A DNA stretch of 64,000 bases from Lepidodermella squamata (GCA_047495785.1 JBLDXI010000060.1:310001-374000), one strand, 5' to 3'. Positions 23,113 to 35,841 are shown, counted from the first letter of the stretch. Notes: a model not told the origin generated them from the letters alone. Program-made: numbers and translations.

Positions 23113-25352
23113 ATGTCGATTTCGCAACTCACCTTTCGCCCCGTTACCGTGGACATTGAGTTTAGGAACATCACTCACACTGTTAAAGTGAAGAGCCAGG
23201 ATAAACGCATTCTCAGCAATGCGGGCGGCTTCTTTGAACACGGTAAACTGCACGCCATCATGGGCCCGTCAGGCTGCGGAAAATCGTCGCTTCTCAACGT
23301 GCTAGCTGGTTTCAATCACATCGCTCAAGGCTCAGTCTTCTTGAATGGGACGGAGTATTCGACAGAGAAATGGGCCGAAATCATTCAGCCCGTTCGATCC
23401 TACATCCTGCAGGATGATTTTATGGTGGCTGAGCTGACTGTTAGAGAGCAGCTGACTTACGCCGTCGAGCTGCGATGCCCAAATGGAACGACCCGTCAGA
23501 AGAAGAATGAGATTATCGAAACGCTGCTCGTTAAAACTGGCCTCAAAGAATGCGAGAACCGATCGCTGGGAGTTCTCAGTGGCGGCCAAAAGAAGCGAGT
23601 TTCAGTGGCATCCGAGCTAGGTAAAAGCCCATCTCATATCCTATTTAATTAAGTTTTAATTTATATGAATTAAGTGAATTTTCCACCTGTTCTGTTTCTG
23701 GACGAGCCTACAACTGGGCTGGATAGCACATCCTGCTATCGTTTGATCGACCTGCTGAAATCAGTCGCTCAGTCCGGATGTAACGTGATCGCGACCATCC
23801 ATCAGCCCAACAGTCGAGTTTTCGCTATTTTTGACTCTTTGACAGTCTTGTACAACCCAAACATCGAGGATCTCGAAAACTTTGACAATGGCTTCAATTC
23901 AATAGCTTACTTGTACGTTTTCTGCTACATTAATTTAAACTTTCATTCATACAATTTTCATTTTAGTGGGCCAGCCATTGCCTTAGCAGAATCCATGCAA
24001 CGACTAAACAACATTAACGTTCCTCACCTAGAAAATCCTGCTGAAATTCTGTTCGAGGGCAGCAATATTTCGAAGATGTCTAAGATTGATTCTTCCTATC
24101 GCAAAGGCGTTATCGACGACGTGGTTGAATTTATTCGGAAAAAGTACGATTATTCACGGATTTTTACCACAAATTGCAGCCATTCTTATTCCTCATAGGG
24201 AAGGCGTCTATGAAGATCTCCAAAAGTCCTGGAACCGGTTCGAAGGCGATGCCCCGCGAATCGATGATACTTATGGCCAGTACAAGTATGGAAGACCTTT
24301 TTGATTATCAAAATAATCTGTAACGCTTCCGTTTTAGTGATACTCCTAAAATATCTGTTCAGAATCCTGTTTCTCCTGAGGTATTGAGTTCTTTTCTCAA
24401 CATGACATTCGTACTCTAAATGCTTTAAAAATAGGTGATTGTTAGGCAATGCGAAAGCCAGCTTCCAAGTTCTTGGCATCGTTTCCGCACAATTTTCGGT
24501 CGAACAGTACTGCAATCTCGCCGAGATGTTGTGTTTATGATAGGCCGGCTCGTAGCCTACGTTTGCACATCAGCCCTCGTCGGCATGACCTTCCAATTTG
24601 TGGGAAACGACGCGGTGAAGACTCCGTCCAACGTCGCCTTTTTGTACCTCATCGGCAAAATCTTCACGCTCGGCACTAGCATTGTAACCATCATGAATTC
24701 GCATTCATACCTGAACATCTTGTTGCGAGAAAACATCAATTCCTACTACGGTTTCACGACATTTTTCATATCAAGGACCATCATGGAAGCTGTGATGAAT
24801 GCCTTTTTGTCTTTGGTGTTCACAATAGCTATGTGGATGATGTCGGCTCAGCAGCAAGATGTCGTCCCGGCAATTTTCAGCGCCGCCCTAATGATTTTTC
24901 TCCACTGCGTTGCGACTCACCATTTTGCCTTCATCATCGCTATGTTCGCCGACGAAGCTTCTTTACCGCAACTCCCGTTCGCCATGGCCATGCTACAGGT
25001 CTTATTCGCTGGGTATTTCGTGCCGTTGACTGATTTACCACCGTGGATCATGTGGATGCAGTACGTCAACTTCGGCTCGTTCACTTTCACCGGTTTGATG
25101 AAAATCGCGTTCGCAACGATCACGCCCGGCTATCACGTGACCATACCGTGCAGTGCCGGCGACTTGCATCCGAATTGCCAGCGTTTTCAAACGGGCCAGG
25201 ACATTTTGGAGTGGATGAAAGTGAGCCTGACTGTGGACTACTGGTGGGATGCTGAATGTTTGGCAATCTACTGTGCGGGCTATTTCCTGATTGGCTGGGG
25301 GCTCATAGCTGTTTACCTGCGGAAGCAACGGCGCGCTATCGCTAGACTTTGA
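23113..25352 (+). CDS. ABCG (White-like) half transporter
   Basis: Walker A GPSGCGKS, signature LSGGQKKR, Walker B LFLDEPTTGLD, TIHQP, C-terminal six-TM domain; several short introns. Confidence 0.93.
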
Positions 25353-26241
25353 TTTTCCCCGTTTGAATCTCTATTATACATTTTGTTTGAAGAATAAAAA
25401 CTTGCAGTGAAGAAATTAGAAATCTTTCGTGGAATATTGAAGCAGTTTCTCCTCATTTTTGCTCATTTTCATAATATGTGAGATTCAATTTTTTATGTTA
25501 AATGGCAAAAAAATTGACGAAGACTCGGAGCAATACCTCTAAAAGCACGTTTTTTTCACAAAGCGAATACACCAGCCTGAATTTAACTTCAAGCTAGGCA
25601 ATGAGAACAAGCAAAACGTCGAGCAGTACTCAATTCCGGGTTTTCCCTATCGTAAAAATGAAATCGGAACTCCTCGGGTGAGCTGAACTCGGGCCTCGAA
25701 ATGAGTGTGCATGATTATGACTGATTATAGGGGCAAATGTTGTCGAAATTATGAACCGGCTGATTCATTGCACTTAATTACCCTCTAAAAAGCAGATTTT
25801 CCGTTTTTGCTTGTCCAGTTGGTGACCGCCAGATCAAAGCGATAAAAGCGTGGATTCCATGTACAAATGAAAAACAGGTAAGCGGTATCATTTGGCATTG
25901 TGTTTATGAGCTGGTTGAAAGATGCCTTTTAACCGCAGTAGGTTAGATTTTTGTTAGCAAATACACATTTATCTTGCGAGTTTTCAAGTTCTTTTGTTTT
26001 TTATCCGGGTTTTTTTCAGTCCGTTTTATTAGCAGCAATAAAACCACGCCCTAAGATAGCGCTCACATAAAAAGCGAAATTTATCATGCAATTAACACGG
26101 CCAAAACTACGATTATCCTAATTATTAATTCATTGATAGACTCGGTTTATCACAGAGCGAACCGAGACGTGTTTTTTCAAAGCTAAATCCCAGCTTTCTT
26201 CACTCGTGCGTGACCTAGCTGAGTGCACTACAAATCTGTGA

Positions 26242-28490
26242 ATGATGGCTGAGCCTGGACAGATCAACCAGGCTTTCGAGATGGTACCAGTGCCATCGAC
26301 GGATTACATGCAATATGGCACAGGCGGCATCGCCCCCACGTCGACAGCTGTTGTGAAACGAAGCGACTCAATGAACAGCATCAAAGAGGCCGAGCCGCAA
26401 GATAAACCCGAAGAGACAGAGCCTGCCATCAGGAGAGGCCCCCTCGTGCGGTGGTGCTCCACCCAATCCGGAGCGCTAACCCGCCGCCTGTTGATTCTTG
26501 TGCTGTACATGGTTTACTTCTTCTACTCGACACTTCGATGCGTTTTCGGCGATTGCCCGCGAGATGAAGGCTGGTGGACCTTGATCACATTGACTTGCGT
26601 CTTCTTCGGCTTCATCCTACTATATTTATTCTCGGTTTTTCTATGGCCTTACATTTGGAAATTCGTAAAGTCACACACAGAATCAATCGCGAATTACAAG
26701 CATATAAAATGGTAAAATTTTATACCATTTTATACTCTGAAATGCTGAAATTTGTTACTTAGGATTGTGTATGGATTTATCATAGCTGCTTACTTGTTGT
26801 TTGTAATACTAGACGCAACTTTGAACAGAGAGGTTTGTGATGGTCTTTTAATTTTTATTTTCCATAAAAAAAAGATCTCTTCAGGATCCAAATTCGTTGA
26901 TTTCATTAGGTGGGGTATCGACCATCCTCCTTCTATGCGCAGCCGGTTCTTATTCACATCGAAAGATCTGCCTCAGGCCGGTGATAGTCGGTCTAGCCAT
27001 GCAATTTATCTTCGCACTGATCGTTCTGCGATGGGAACTCGGTCAATTTGTCTTCAAATGGCTCGGTCAAGAAGTGGAAATTTTCCTGTCAAACGCGAAC
27101 GCCGGTGCCATGTTTGTATGGCCAACTGCGTTTTCTTCATTCGATTTCGCTTTCTCAGTCATGCCAATTATTCCGTTCTTCTCGGCCGTTACATCCGTGC
27201 TGTATTTCATGGGTTGGATTCAGGCTGTTATCAAAGTCTTGGCAAATGTAATGGAGAAGCTTCTAGGCACAACTGCAGGAGAGAGCACAACTTGCTCAGC
27301 TAATGTTTTCCTAGGAATGGTTCGTAATTTCTTCCATTTCACCTAATTATTCAAAGAAGTTATTTCAGACAGAGGCACCGCTATTGATTCGACCGTTTTT
27401 GAATCATATGACAAAGTCTGAGCTTCACGCCGTGATGACAGGTGGCTTTGCAACCATCGCCGGCTCAGTCATGGGTGCTTTCATCCTCCTTGGCGTTGAT
27501 TCAAGGCATTTACTAGCCGCCAGTCTTATGGCAGCACCAACTGCATTGGCTCTAAGCAAGCTGGTCTACCCTGAGACCGACGAATCGTCAATGACAGCTG
27601 CGAATGTGGAGAAGTTTACTCAGGCAGATGCGTCATCTCAGCCACACAATATTGTCGAAGCAGCTTGTGAGGTTGGTTTCGCTGGATTAGAAGGCAGTTA
27701 ACTTGATTTTTGGTAATAGGGCGCAAGCTTGTCGATTCCTTTGGTCGCGAATATTATTGCAAATTTGATCGCCATTATCTCGCTGCTGTCACTCATTGAT
27801 TCCTTACTGGCCTGGTTCGGTGAGCGTGCTGGTCTAGCTCCGCCGTTGATCGATGAAAAATTCACTCTCGAGGTGAGTGGCATTGACTTCCCTTATCCAC
27901 ACGTCGTAAATTTTCGCAATACAGTTCATAGCGTCCTACGTATTTTGGCCAATCGCTTTCCTACTTGGTATCCCAGCTGACGACTGTCGCCCGGTGGGAA
28001 AGCTTCTTGGTCTCAAGCTTTTTGTGAACGAGTTCGTTGCGTTCTCGGCAATGGCGGATTTGATCAAAAATCGGCAGAGTCATGACAGCTATGTGTGTAG
28101 TTATGCCCTCAACAATACTGATTTGATGCCGGAAAAGCTCGCGAATGGATCTTATTTGTTGCCTGCCACTGGGGATATTGTCGGAACCTTTATGAGCGTA
28201 AGTTTCTTCTGAGCTACATCATTGGGAAATCATGATTTCTTTTCCAGGCGAGGGCTGAATCTGTCGCGACTTACGCCCTCTGTGGTTTTGCCAATGTAGC
28301 AGCCATGGGCATCCAAATTGGCGGTATTGGTGCCCTCGCTCCTGATAAGAAGCCCCTCTTAGCAGCGATGGCCTTCCGGTCTATGTTAACGGGCACAGCA
28401 GTCAACCTATTGAACGCCGCGACAGCTGGTCTATTACTCGACTACACTCAACCTTCGTGGAACGTTACTTGTGCGAGTCTCGCACAGTAG
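26242..28490 (+). CDS. Concentrative Na+/nucleoside cotransporter (CNT/SLC28 family)
   Basis: Motifs [17 protein letters not shown]|[50 protein letters not shown] across multiple exons. Confidence 0.93.
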
Positions 28491-28651
28491 CCTATTAAGT
28501 GCTTCAAACTTTAGAAAAATGCGCGTTTTATTGCCTTAACTTCGCTTCAAAATAAACTGTGCTCTATTGTTTCCTTTCCACCTCAAGCCAAGCTGAAGTA
28601 CAATACAGAATGAATAGCACAAGTCTTGACAACATTAAGATGTTGATACGC

Positions 28652-31120
28652 TCAGTGAAAGATTTGATCGCCGCGCCCATGCCCATCTGGTCTGGTGATC
28701 GAAGAACCGGCAGTTTGAGTTTTTACGCTCGAATCGAGGCGAATCAATGAGCTGTGCCGGCTTTTCGCTGACTTCTCAACAAACTGGTTGTTAGGGCCTG
28801 AGACGCGGCCGGCTGTTATGCTCATTTTCGGCACTTTTTTCCTGAGAACGCTCTCCGGTAAGGGAACGAATAGCAGGATAGGTGTGATACCACAATAAAC
28901 CGTAAATGCGAAACTGAAAGCAACAGTTACATCAGCCGATGAAGAGAAAGCTAGGGTTAATAGACTGAGAACAAAGTACAAGCTGAGAAGCACGACTGCT
29001 GCGAGGCTGAATCTAACCTTGTCGAAGAACTGTTGCTGCCTACTATCATGTCGTATTTTATAAGCGTAGAGCCCAGTCGCACTAATCAGTATTGCGTTGA
29101 TTACCCAGATGACAATGAAGAGCGGGCTCTCTAGAGGAGCCTGGCATAGGTGGGCGTAGCTGGAAAGATACACGTCTTCGAAGTAATTATAGTCGACTCG
29201 ATAAGGATCTGTACTCATTACGACTAATTCTTTGCCAGCAGCAAGCCAGGACCCAATTAGCATCGATATTAATAGAATCGAACCTAAAGATAGCCACAAT
29301 GTCTGTTTTTCATACGACGATTCGTTTTCAATTTGCACTGATGAACGGGAGCTGGATCCGGATCGTGACTTTGCGTGAAAGCAAATAATCAGACGGGAGA
29401 GAATCAAACAGTGAATTAGCGATATTGCGAATGTCCCAAGTGCCGCTTCGATGTAGCAAATCTCCGATCGCAAGATTGCAGTCAAATTCTGGAAATAAAA
29501 CAAGTCGGGTTGAATACCACCAATCAAACACGCATTAATAATAAGTGCCTTGGTGATTGGATAGGCTCCTGATGTCGAATTCCGTTTCACAATGCAATAT
29601 ATCATTGCAATCACTTGAAATGGGGCAATGGTCAGAGACATAATACAGCTAACCCCTAGTTTCCATAGTGCGCGTTGATCCATCTGGCGGAGTTTTGTCG
29701 AGCTCTCTTTAACAGGCTTGCCATCTCGAGTTGGCCAGATAAAAGGGTTCAGCTGAATGATCACGTAATTCTCGAGTACAAAGGGTGACTTGTTTTCCGG
29801 GCATTTAACATCATAGATTGGCGTGAAGCCTTTCTCTCGGGAATAATAGCCAACAGTCAGTGGCTGGTAATCCAACTCAAGTCTCTCGGAGTAACGGAAT
29901 TTCCCGAAACGGAGATTCGAAAAAGTAATATTTGCCGCTGTTTTATTAGCCACCAACATGATATCGCGAGGGAACTTCCGATAGTCACTCAAAGACATAT
30001 TGCGACTTTGAAGAGTGTTTTCCGTTTCATTCAAAGTCATTAGAACCATCATCATAGAGTCGTGGCACATGTGCCGTCGCAAGTGCTCAAAATTTCGTAG
30101 CTTATTCGTAGCGATATCGATCCTGCGCTCGAATTCGTCGAGATCATACCCAAAGCTGGTAGGGCCGTAATTAACAGTCACATCTGTATTGGCCCCGACG
30201 AAAATCGTGTATCGGTAAAATTCGAGGACAATAGCTTCAGCGCAGTCCAACACTTGATTTGGCCACTTCGGGTCAACAAAGGCATCGATGTGAGCGATGA
30301 AAAGGTACCGGCCATCGCCATTAATGCCGACCTTTTTAATCTGGCAAAAGACTTCCATCATGTATCCAGGGTTGCTTGAGTCGATGACAATGATTCGCGC
30401 ATCTGTTTCTTTGATTCCTCGCAAGATGTCGAGTGATACCGGCCGCACAGCACCTTCGAAGGCTACGACATCAATGCCCCGCTTGATGCACTCGTTGAAG
30501 AAGAGCATGGCCATTTGGAAGTTACGTGGCGTACCAGCATCAGTCAAAATACCTATGCGCTTATAGCCTGCGACATCTGCGATGAACTTGAGCCGGGGGA
30601 AAACTGCCAATTCGCCGGGTATTCGACTTCTGTATAGGTTGGGAAACAATGTTCTCCGCCCACTGATTTCGGGAGTTGAACAGCTTGTCGTAGTCGCGAC
30701 TAGATCGAGATGTTGCAGAAACCCAACCGTAGCCTTGCAGCCAGATGAAGAGTAAGGAGCGATAATCATAGGTGCCAAGTTTAGGTTTTCAGGCAAATCG
30801 TAATCATGAACATAGGTTCTTGCGAGTATTCTGGGGCCGAAGTTGGCGCTCAGACTCTCATTTTTGACAGTGATCGAAATGTGGTAGTCTTTGAGAACAT
30901 CGGAGCGCTGATTCATGTCCTGAACCATCAGTTCCCAAGTTGCTATGCATGAATAGCCGGCCTCTAGAGGCGTGTTGTTGTAGTTGTGAAATGCGAATAT
31001 CCGCAGATCCTTTGGCTTGAAACGTGGGGTATCATAAACGATATCAACGAACTGGTCGCTAATAGAGATAGACTTTGCGACGAAAATGGCCAGGATAGCG
31101 AAAATAACAGAGAAGGACAT
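28652..31120 (-). CDS. Class C GPCR (GABA-B-receptor-like: Venus flytrap domain + 7TM, no cysteine-rich domain), intronless
   Basis: 822 aa; signal peptide; DMNQRSDVLKDY, PYSSS, TPEISGRRTLFPNLYR, DARIIV, WP..GKP..; seven C-terminal hydrophobic helices. Confidence 0.8.
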   Translation of the reverse strand: MSFSVIFAILAIFVAKSISISDQFVDIVYDTPRFKPKDLRIFAFHNYNNTPLEAGYSCIATWELMVQDMNQRSDVLKDYHISITVKNESLSANFGPRILARTYVHDYDLPENLNLAPMIIAPYSSSGCKATVGFLQHLDLVATTTSCSTPEISGRRTLFPNLYRSRIPGELAVFPRLKFIADVAGYKRIGILTDAGTPRNFQMAMLFFNECIKRGIDVVAFEGAVRPVSLDILRGIKETDARIIVIDSSNPGYMMEVFCQIKKVGINGDGRYLFIAHIDAFVDPKWPNQVLDCAEAIVLEFYRYTIFVGANTDVTVNYGPTSFGYDLDEFERRIDIATNKLRNFEHLRRHMCHDSMMMVLMTLNETENTLQSRNMSLSDYRKFPRDIMLVANKTAANITFSNLRFGKFRYSERLELDYQPLTVGYYSREKGFTPIYDVKCPENKSPFVLENYVIIQLNPFIWPTRDGKPVKESSTKLRQMDQRALWKLGVSCIMSLTIAPFQVIAMIYCIVKRNSTSGAYPITKALIINACLIGGIQPDLFYFQNLTAILRSEICYIEAALGTFAISLIHCLILSRLIICFHAKSRSGSSSRSSVQIENESSYEKQTLWLSLGSILLISMLIGSWLAAGKELVVMSTDPYRVDYNYFEDVYLSSYAHLCQAPLESPLFIVIWVINAILISATGLYAYKIRHDSRQQQFFDKVRFSLAAVVLLSLYFVLSLLTLAFSSSADVTVAFSFAFTVYCGITPILLFVPLPESVLRKKVPKMSITAGRVSGPNNQFVEKSAKSRHSSLIRLDSSVKTQTAGSSITRPDGHGRGDQIFH

Positions 31121-31329
31121 TTTTTACTTTAGTTTGAGAGAATGTCTGACTAGGTTGAAAGGATTAATTCTACGCGAAATTTGATCAACCTTGAGTTAAC
31201 GTGGGGTTAATAAGACGCAGTAATTATAATACCGAGTGACGCAAATACTTAAATTAGCTCTATTTGAACGTATTGCCTAACTCATTAAGGGCAGAAGAGA
31301 CATGCAGAAAGTTCACCATTTCTGAGTTC

Positions 31330-32565
31330 TCACACGTTAGTCAACATCACTGATAGGCACATAGCAAAGGTGATGCCGAGAGTAACTAAACAAGCTGTGG
31401 CAACAGCAAGATCGATCCAACGAATATGGCTCATCGGTCCTAATTTTCGACATGCCCATTTGGTGTTTGCAAGGCCCCCGGCGATCAAAGTGTAAAGAGT
31501 CAAACAAGCGCTAACAATGATGCTGGCCTCTACTATGTAAATCAGGTAGACAGTCTCAGATGTTTTCGGGATATATGAGGAGACCATAGTCAACACTACA
31601 GAGAAAGCTAAGACACCAGTCATGCAAAAGCCAGCTCGATCTGCCAAGTCAGGTTCCATGAATAGTACGCTGATTTGCAGAACAATCAGTGCGATTATCG
31701 GAACGAAAATATTGAAAATGAAATAGTCATGGCGGCGTTGAAAACCGAAATTGAACCTAACGACGTCATGTGCCCAAAATGTTCGATTGACGACTTCGAT
31801 TGAGAAGGTGAGTGGGTCAACAAGTTCCCATATATCCGTGTCATCGCCGAAGGTTGATGATTGATCGATGTAGAAAGTACTAGCGTTCTGGCTTACCTGT
31901 ACCATGAGATGGTCATCGAAGGACTCGAATTCAATATAACAGTCGAGTGTATCGAAAGGGAAACGTTCAAATGAGAAGTTGTCACAAGAAGTATCAAACT
32001 GGGCTCGAACTTTCGCCTTGACCGTAGGTTTCGGCAGCAGGGGATAAACCATCACCATGTGTGTTTCCCTGTTGTAAAACAATTTTGTAAACATGTTCGA
32101 ACTGATCATGGGTTTTCATTACTTATCAAGAATGTGCGCTTCTAGTAACGCGTTCTGATGGCAAAATCTTGGATACCAAATTTCTGTCACATTCCGCCAA
32201 AAGTGGATGAATTTGCTGAATTTGTGATAGGTCCGATTCATGAAGCCAGCCATTGCGTTTTCTCGACATGGAATGGCCCAATTAAGGGTCATCTGGGCAT
32301 AGACAGACAAGCTTTTCGACAGGTCATCGATGCCATTGAATCTCAGCAGCGAAAACATCATGTCGACCTCTACAATTTCGGTGAAGTGGGATCTCATTCC
32401 TGTTTCTATAGGAAGGTTTCTCGAAAGGGCCATCGGGCATTCCTTCAAAAATTGAGCTTTCACTTCCTCGACAAGGCGAGATTCTTCCGAGAGAGAAGTG
32501 TACCATTCAGCCTTTAATCGAGTGGCCAGCAGGCACAAAAGTAAAGAGTTAGCGAGTACAGGCAT
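31330..32565 (-). CDS. Divergent pLGIC subunit, copy 3
   Basis: Two exons with a phase-2 intron (~32142-32089 region); Cys loop CDNFSFERFPFDTLDC; FQRRHDYF pre-M1; four TM. Confidence 0.85.
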
Positions 32566-32739
32566 TTTTGAGTTCTCAATTTATCTCGAATTCTTGACTC
32601 ACACCTACCGCCAATAATTAAAAGCAAACTTTTTTCTGCCAGCAGATTTATTCGAAAGCTAAGATGATATGATAATATTGATCCAGTCATTATTTAAAAT
32701 AAAGTTTTCGGGATTCAAGGCTTCGGGCTCCGGAGATAA

Positions 32740-33965
32740 TTATCTGCTCGTCATTTTTGATAAGCAAATTGCGTATGTTAAGGATAGTACTAACAAGCAA
32801 ACGATAAGAACTAGCAAATCCAGCCACCTCACCAGCAACACCTTTCCGACAACTCTGTTACCGATTCCTACTTCGCAGAGCCTGCCAGCCACCAACGCAT
32901 AAATGGTAAGCAACACGCTGATAATGATGTTGACTTCGACAACAGTAATCAAATGAACGACTTCTGAAGTTTGCGGAATGCTAGCTGACACCAAAGATAA
33001 GACTACTGAGAATGCAAGGACGCCAGTCATGCAGAACATCGGTCGATCAGGCGCACTCGGGTCCATGAAAAGAGCAGTCAACTGCAGAGTTATCAAACTG
33101 AATAATGGGATGAATATATTGCTCAGGAAGTAGAAGTAACGCCTCGAGAATGTGAAATCGAACGAAACCCGCGAGAAATTGCCAGTCGTCCTGCTCGAGA
33201 TTGATATTGAATGAGAAGGCTTAACTGTGAGTTCCCAGATATCAGCAGGGTCATTGAAAATTGATGGTTTCTCGAGCAAGACGTCCACTTTGCCAGCATC
33301 AAAATCTACCAGACGATTCTCGTCGTAGTTCTCTATCAAGATCGAGCAAGTTTGCACATCAAAAGGGAATTGCGCAAAGCCGAACGTATCGCAGGATGAC
33401 TCGAAGAGGCCGTTCACCCACATTGTAGCATGCGGCTCTTCTGAAAGTGGACTGATATCAATTTTATCGGTCAGCCTGAGTCAAAAGCGTCATGTAAATT
33501 TTATGAGCGGAACAATTTCAAATCAAACTTTTCGAAAGGATGAGCTTCATTGACAGCATTTACATGTGTTAGGCGTGGGAACCAAATTCCGCTTGATATA
33601 TTTTTCCAAAAATAAAGAGCCTCGTCCAATTCTTCGTTGTAGTAGTCAGGTTTCTGGATGGCTTTGTCGCAGTAGAGCGGCCAAATTATGCCGAATTCAC
33701 CGAATACCGATAGGGTCTTCTCGAGGTCGTTGATGCCAACAAACCTTTGTAGTGTCAGCTTCATGCTCAGTTTGATTGGCTGCGTAAAATTGGTTCGCAT
33801 CGCTACTTCGATTGGAAGGTATTTAGAATTCACCAGTGGGCATTTCTCTTCAAAATTAGCTTTCAATTCCTCAGCAACCATACGCTGCGATGTGCTAGGG
33901 ATAATCCAATTGCTACATTGGCCTCGCATGATGCAAGTTAGAAGCAAAAAATGCTTCAACTTCAT
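32740..33965 (-). CDS. Divergent pLGIC subunit, copy 4
   Basis: Two exons with the same phase-2 intron (after HPFE); Cys loop CDTFGFAQFPFDVQTC; four TM. Confidence 0.85.
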
Positions 33966-34232
33966 TAGACAGCTCAAAATTATTAAAAATTATTCTTTCA
34001 ACAAAGCCGAAACTCTTATTTTTAAGACAGGTCTCGAAAAGTGTCAATATAAGACGGATGAGATTGTATGTTTTTAATTATCATCGCATTGTGCTGCGGG
34101 TTTCGATAGCGCTTTTTTGTTGATTTCAAATCGACCTGTATACTTTTTGATTGTGAGTTGCTTAAAGCCACGATATCTTATAATCTCGAGTGACGAATTC
34201 AAGGTTGAATCATCGCGATTCAGAAAATTTAT

Positions 34233-35467
34233 TCAGGTTAACATCATCGTGAAGCAAGCTATGTAAATCACAATAATGGTAACCATCGACATGACGAAGA
34301 CAGCAAGATCCAAAGCTCTTATCAGGGTTAACTTTCCGACTTTCTTCTCACTATAGCCCGTTTCGGCAATGAAACACGTAACAAGTGTGTAAATTGTAAT
34401 TATCGCACTAATCGCTAGTTTCGCCTGGATAATTTCGACCACTAGAACAGTCTCGGCTGTTTGCGGTAGGCTGGATTGAACCAAGGACTGAATGACTGCA
34501 AATGATAGAACAACCGTTATCATGAACATGGGGCGATCAGGTTCGGCTGGGTCCAGCAACAACGCCGCAACTTGAAGCGCGAATAGCGTGATCATTGGCA
34601 GGAAAATTGTCCCGGCGTAGTATGCTGACCTGCGGCGGAATTTTACCGATAGGCTGATAGCATCGTGATCGCCCGTTGATCTTGAGTTCACGCGAACCTG
34701 ACGATCCAGTGGTGGAATGAACTCCCAAACGTCGGATTCATCTGTGAACTCTGAGGATGGATCTATGATGAATTTTGCATTTTCGGCGTCAATCCTCAGC
34801 ACTGCATGCTGGCTGAAGACTTCGAATTCCAGCGAGCAGTTTGGCGAGTCGAATGGGAAGTTTCTGAAGCTGAAATCATCGCACGTTGACACGAAGCGTC
34901 CTCGCAGCTCAAACCTGCCCGATGGCTCTTCCGCTAATGGAAAGACCATTACTTTCTCAATCAACCTGGCAATATTTGGGATATCAGCAATGGGATTCTC
35001 AGATGAATGTTTTACTTTTCAAATGGATGCGCCTCTTCCAGAGCGTTGATGTGGGTGAATCTTGGATACCAACTGTCCTCTAAACTCTTCCAGTAGTAAA
35101 TGTATTCGGAGACATTTTTAAACGTTCCATTTGCGAAATCGTCCATTGCACCTGGCTCACACGGTATCAGCCAGTTTATCGTAACCTCCGCAAATACTGA
35201 CCAGCTTTTGTCAATATCGTTGATGCCGTCGAAGCGTAGAAGCGAGAAGGTGAAGTCGAGGTCGATGGGCGCCGTGAAATTGGAACGCATGGCGCTTTCT
35301 ACAGGCAGAGCCTTCGACTTCGATAGTGGGCACTGCTTCGAGAAGTAATCCGCCAGTTCTTCTATTCTCATGACTGGCTCAGATTTAGATACCAGCCACG
35401 TACCGCCTTCTTCCTCGTGGCCGAAAGCTGATGCAAGCAGCATTATACATAGTATAAATATCTGCAT
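34233..35467 (-). CDS. Divergent pLGIC subunit, copy 5
   Basis: Two exons with the same intron; Cys loop CDDFSFRNFPFDSPNC; four TM. Confidence 0.85.
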
Positions 35468-35500
35468 GGTTGTCGACAGGCTCTGCTGCTAAAAAGATCT

Positions 35501-35841
35501 ATTCATAAATTTGATATAAACACCCGTGTAGGGTATAATTTGAAGAGAAAGCGCATTGGCAGAGAACTCTTATTCACTTTATTTAAACGTGACGTTTCGG
35601 CTCTTTCGTGAGCCATCATCAGACTAGAAAGCAAAACAAGATAAAGAACAAGGTAAAGGGAAATCACAACAAAGAAAGTCCACAACAACTTGTTCTTTTA
35701 CCTTGTTCTTTATCTTGTTTTATCTTGTTTTCTCTTGTTTTATCTTGTTTTGCTTTCTAGTCTGATGATGGCTCACGAAAGAGCCGAAACGTCACGTTTA
35801 AATAAAGTGAATAAGAGTTCTCTGCCAATTCATAAATTTGA
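35501..35841. mobile_element. Penelope-like element remnant: inverted pseudo-LTR with 14-bp flanking direct repeat
   Basis: Perfect ~90 bp inverted arms (35555-35644 / ~35740-35829) containing ctgatga..gaaacgtc and aataaa; attcataaatttga repeated at 35501-35514 and 35828-35841. Confidence 0.65.
35759..35796 (+). ncRNA. Minimal type I hammerhead ribozyme motif (mirror copy on the minus strand at ~35588-35625)
   Basis: CUGAUGA - U - GGCUC/ACGAAA/GAGCC stem-loop II - GAAAC - GUC, with a palindromic ACGU stem III as in PLE minimal hammerheads. Stem I is only ~2 bp. Confidence 0.55.
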
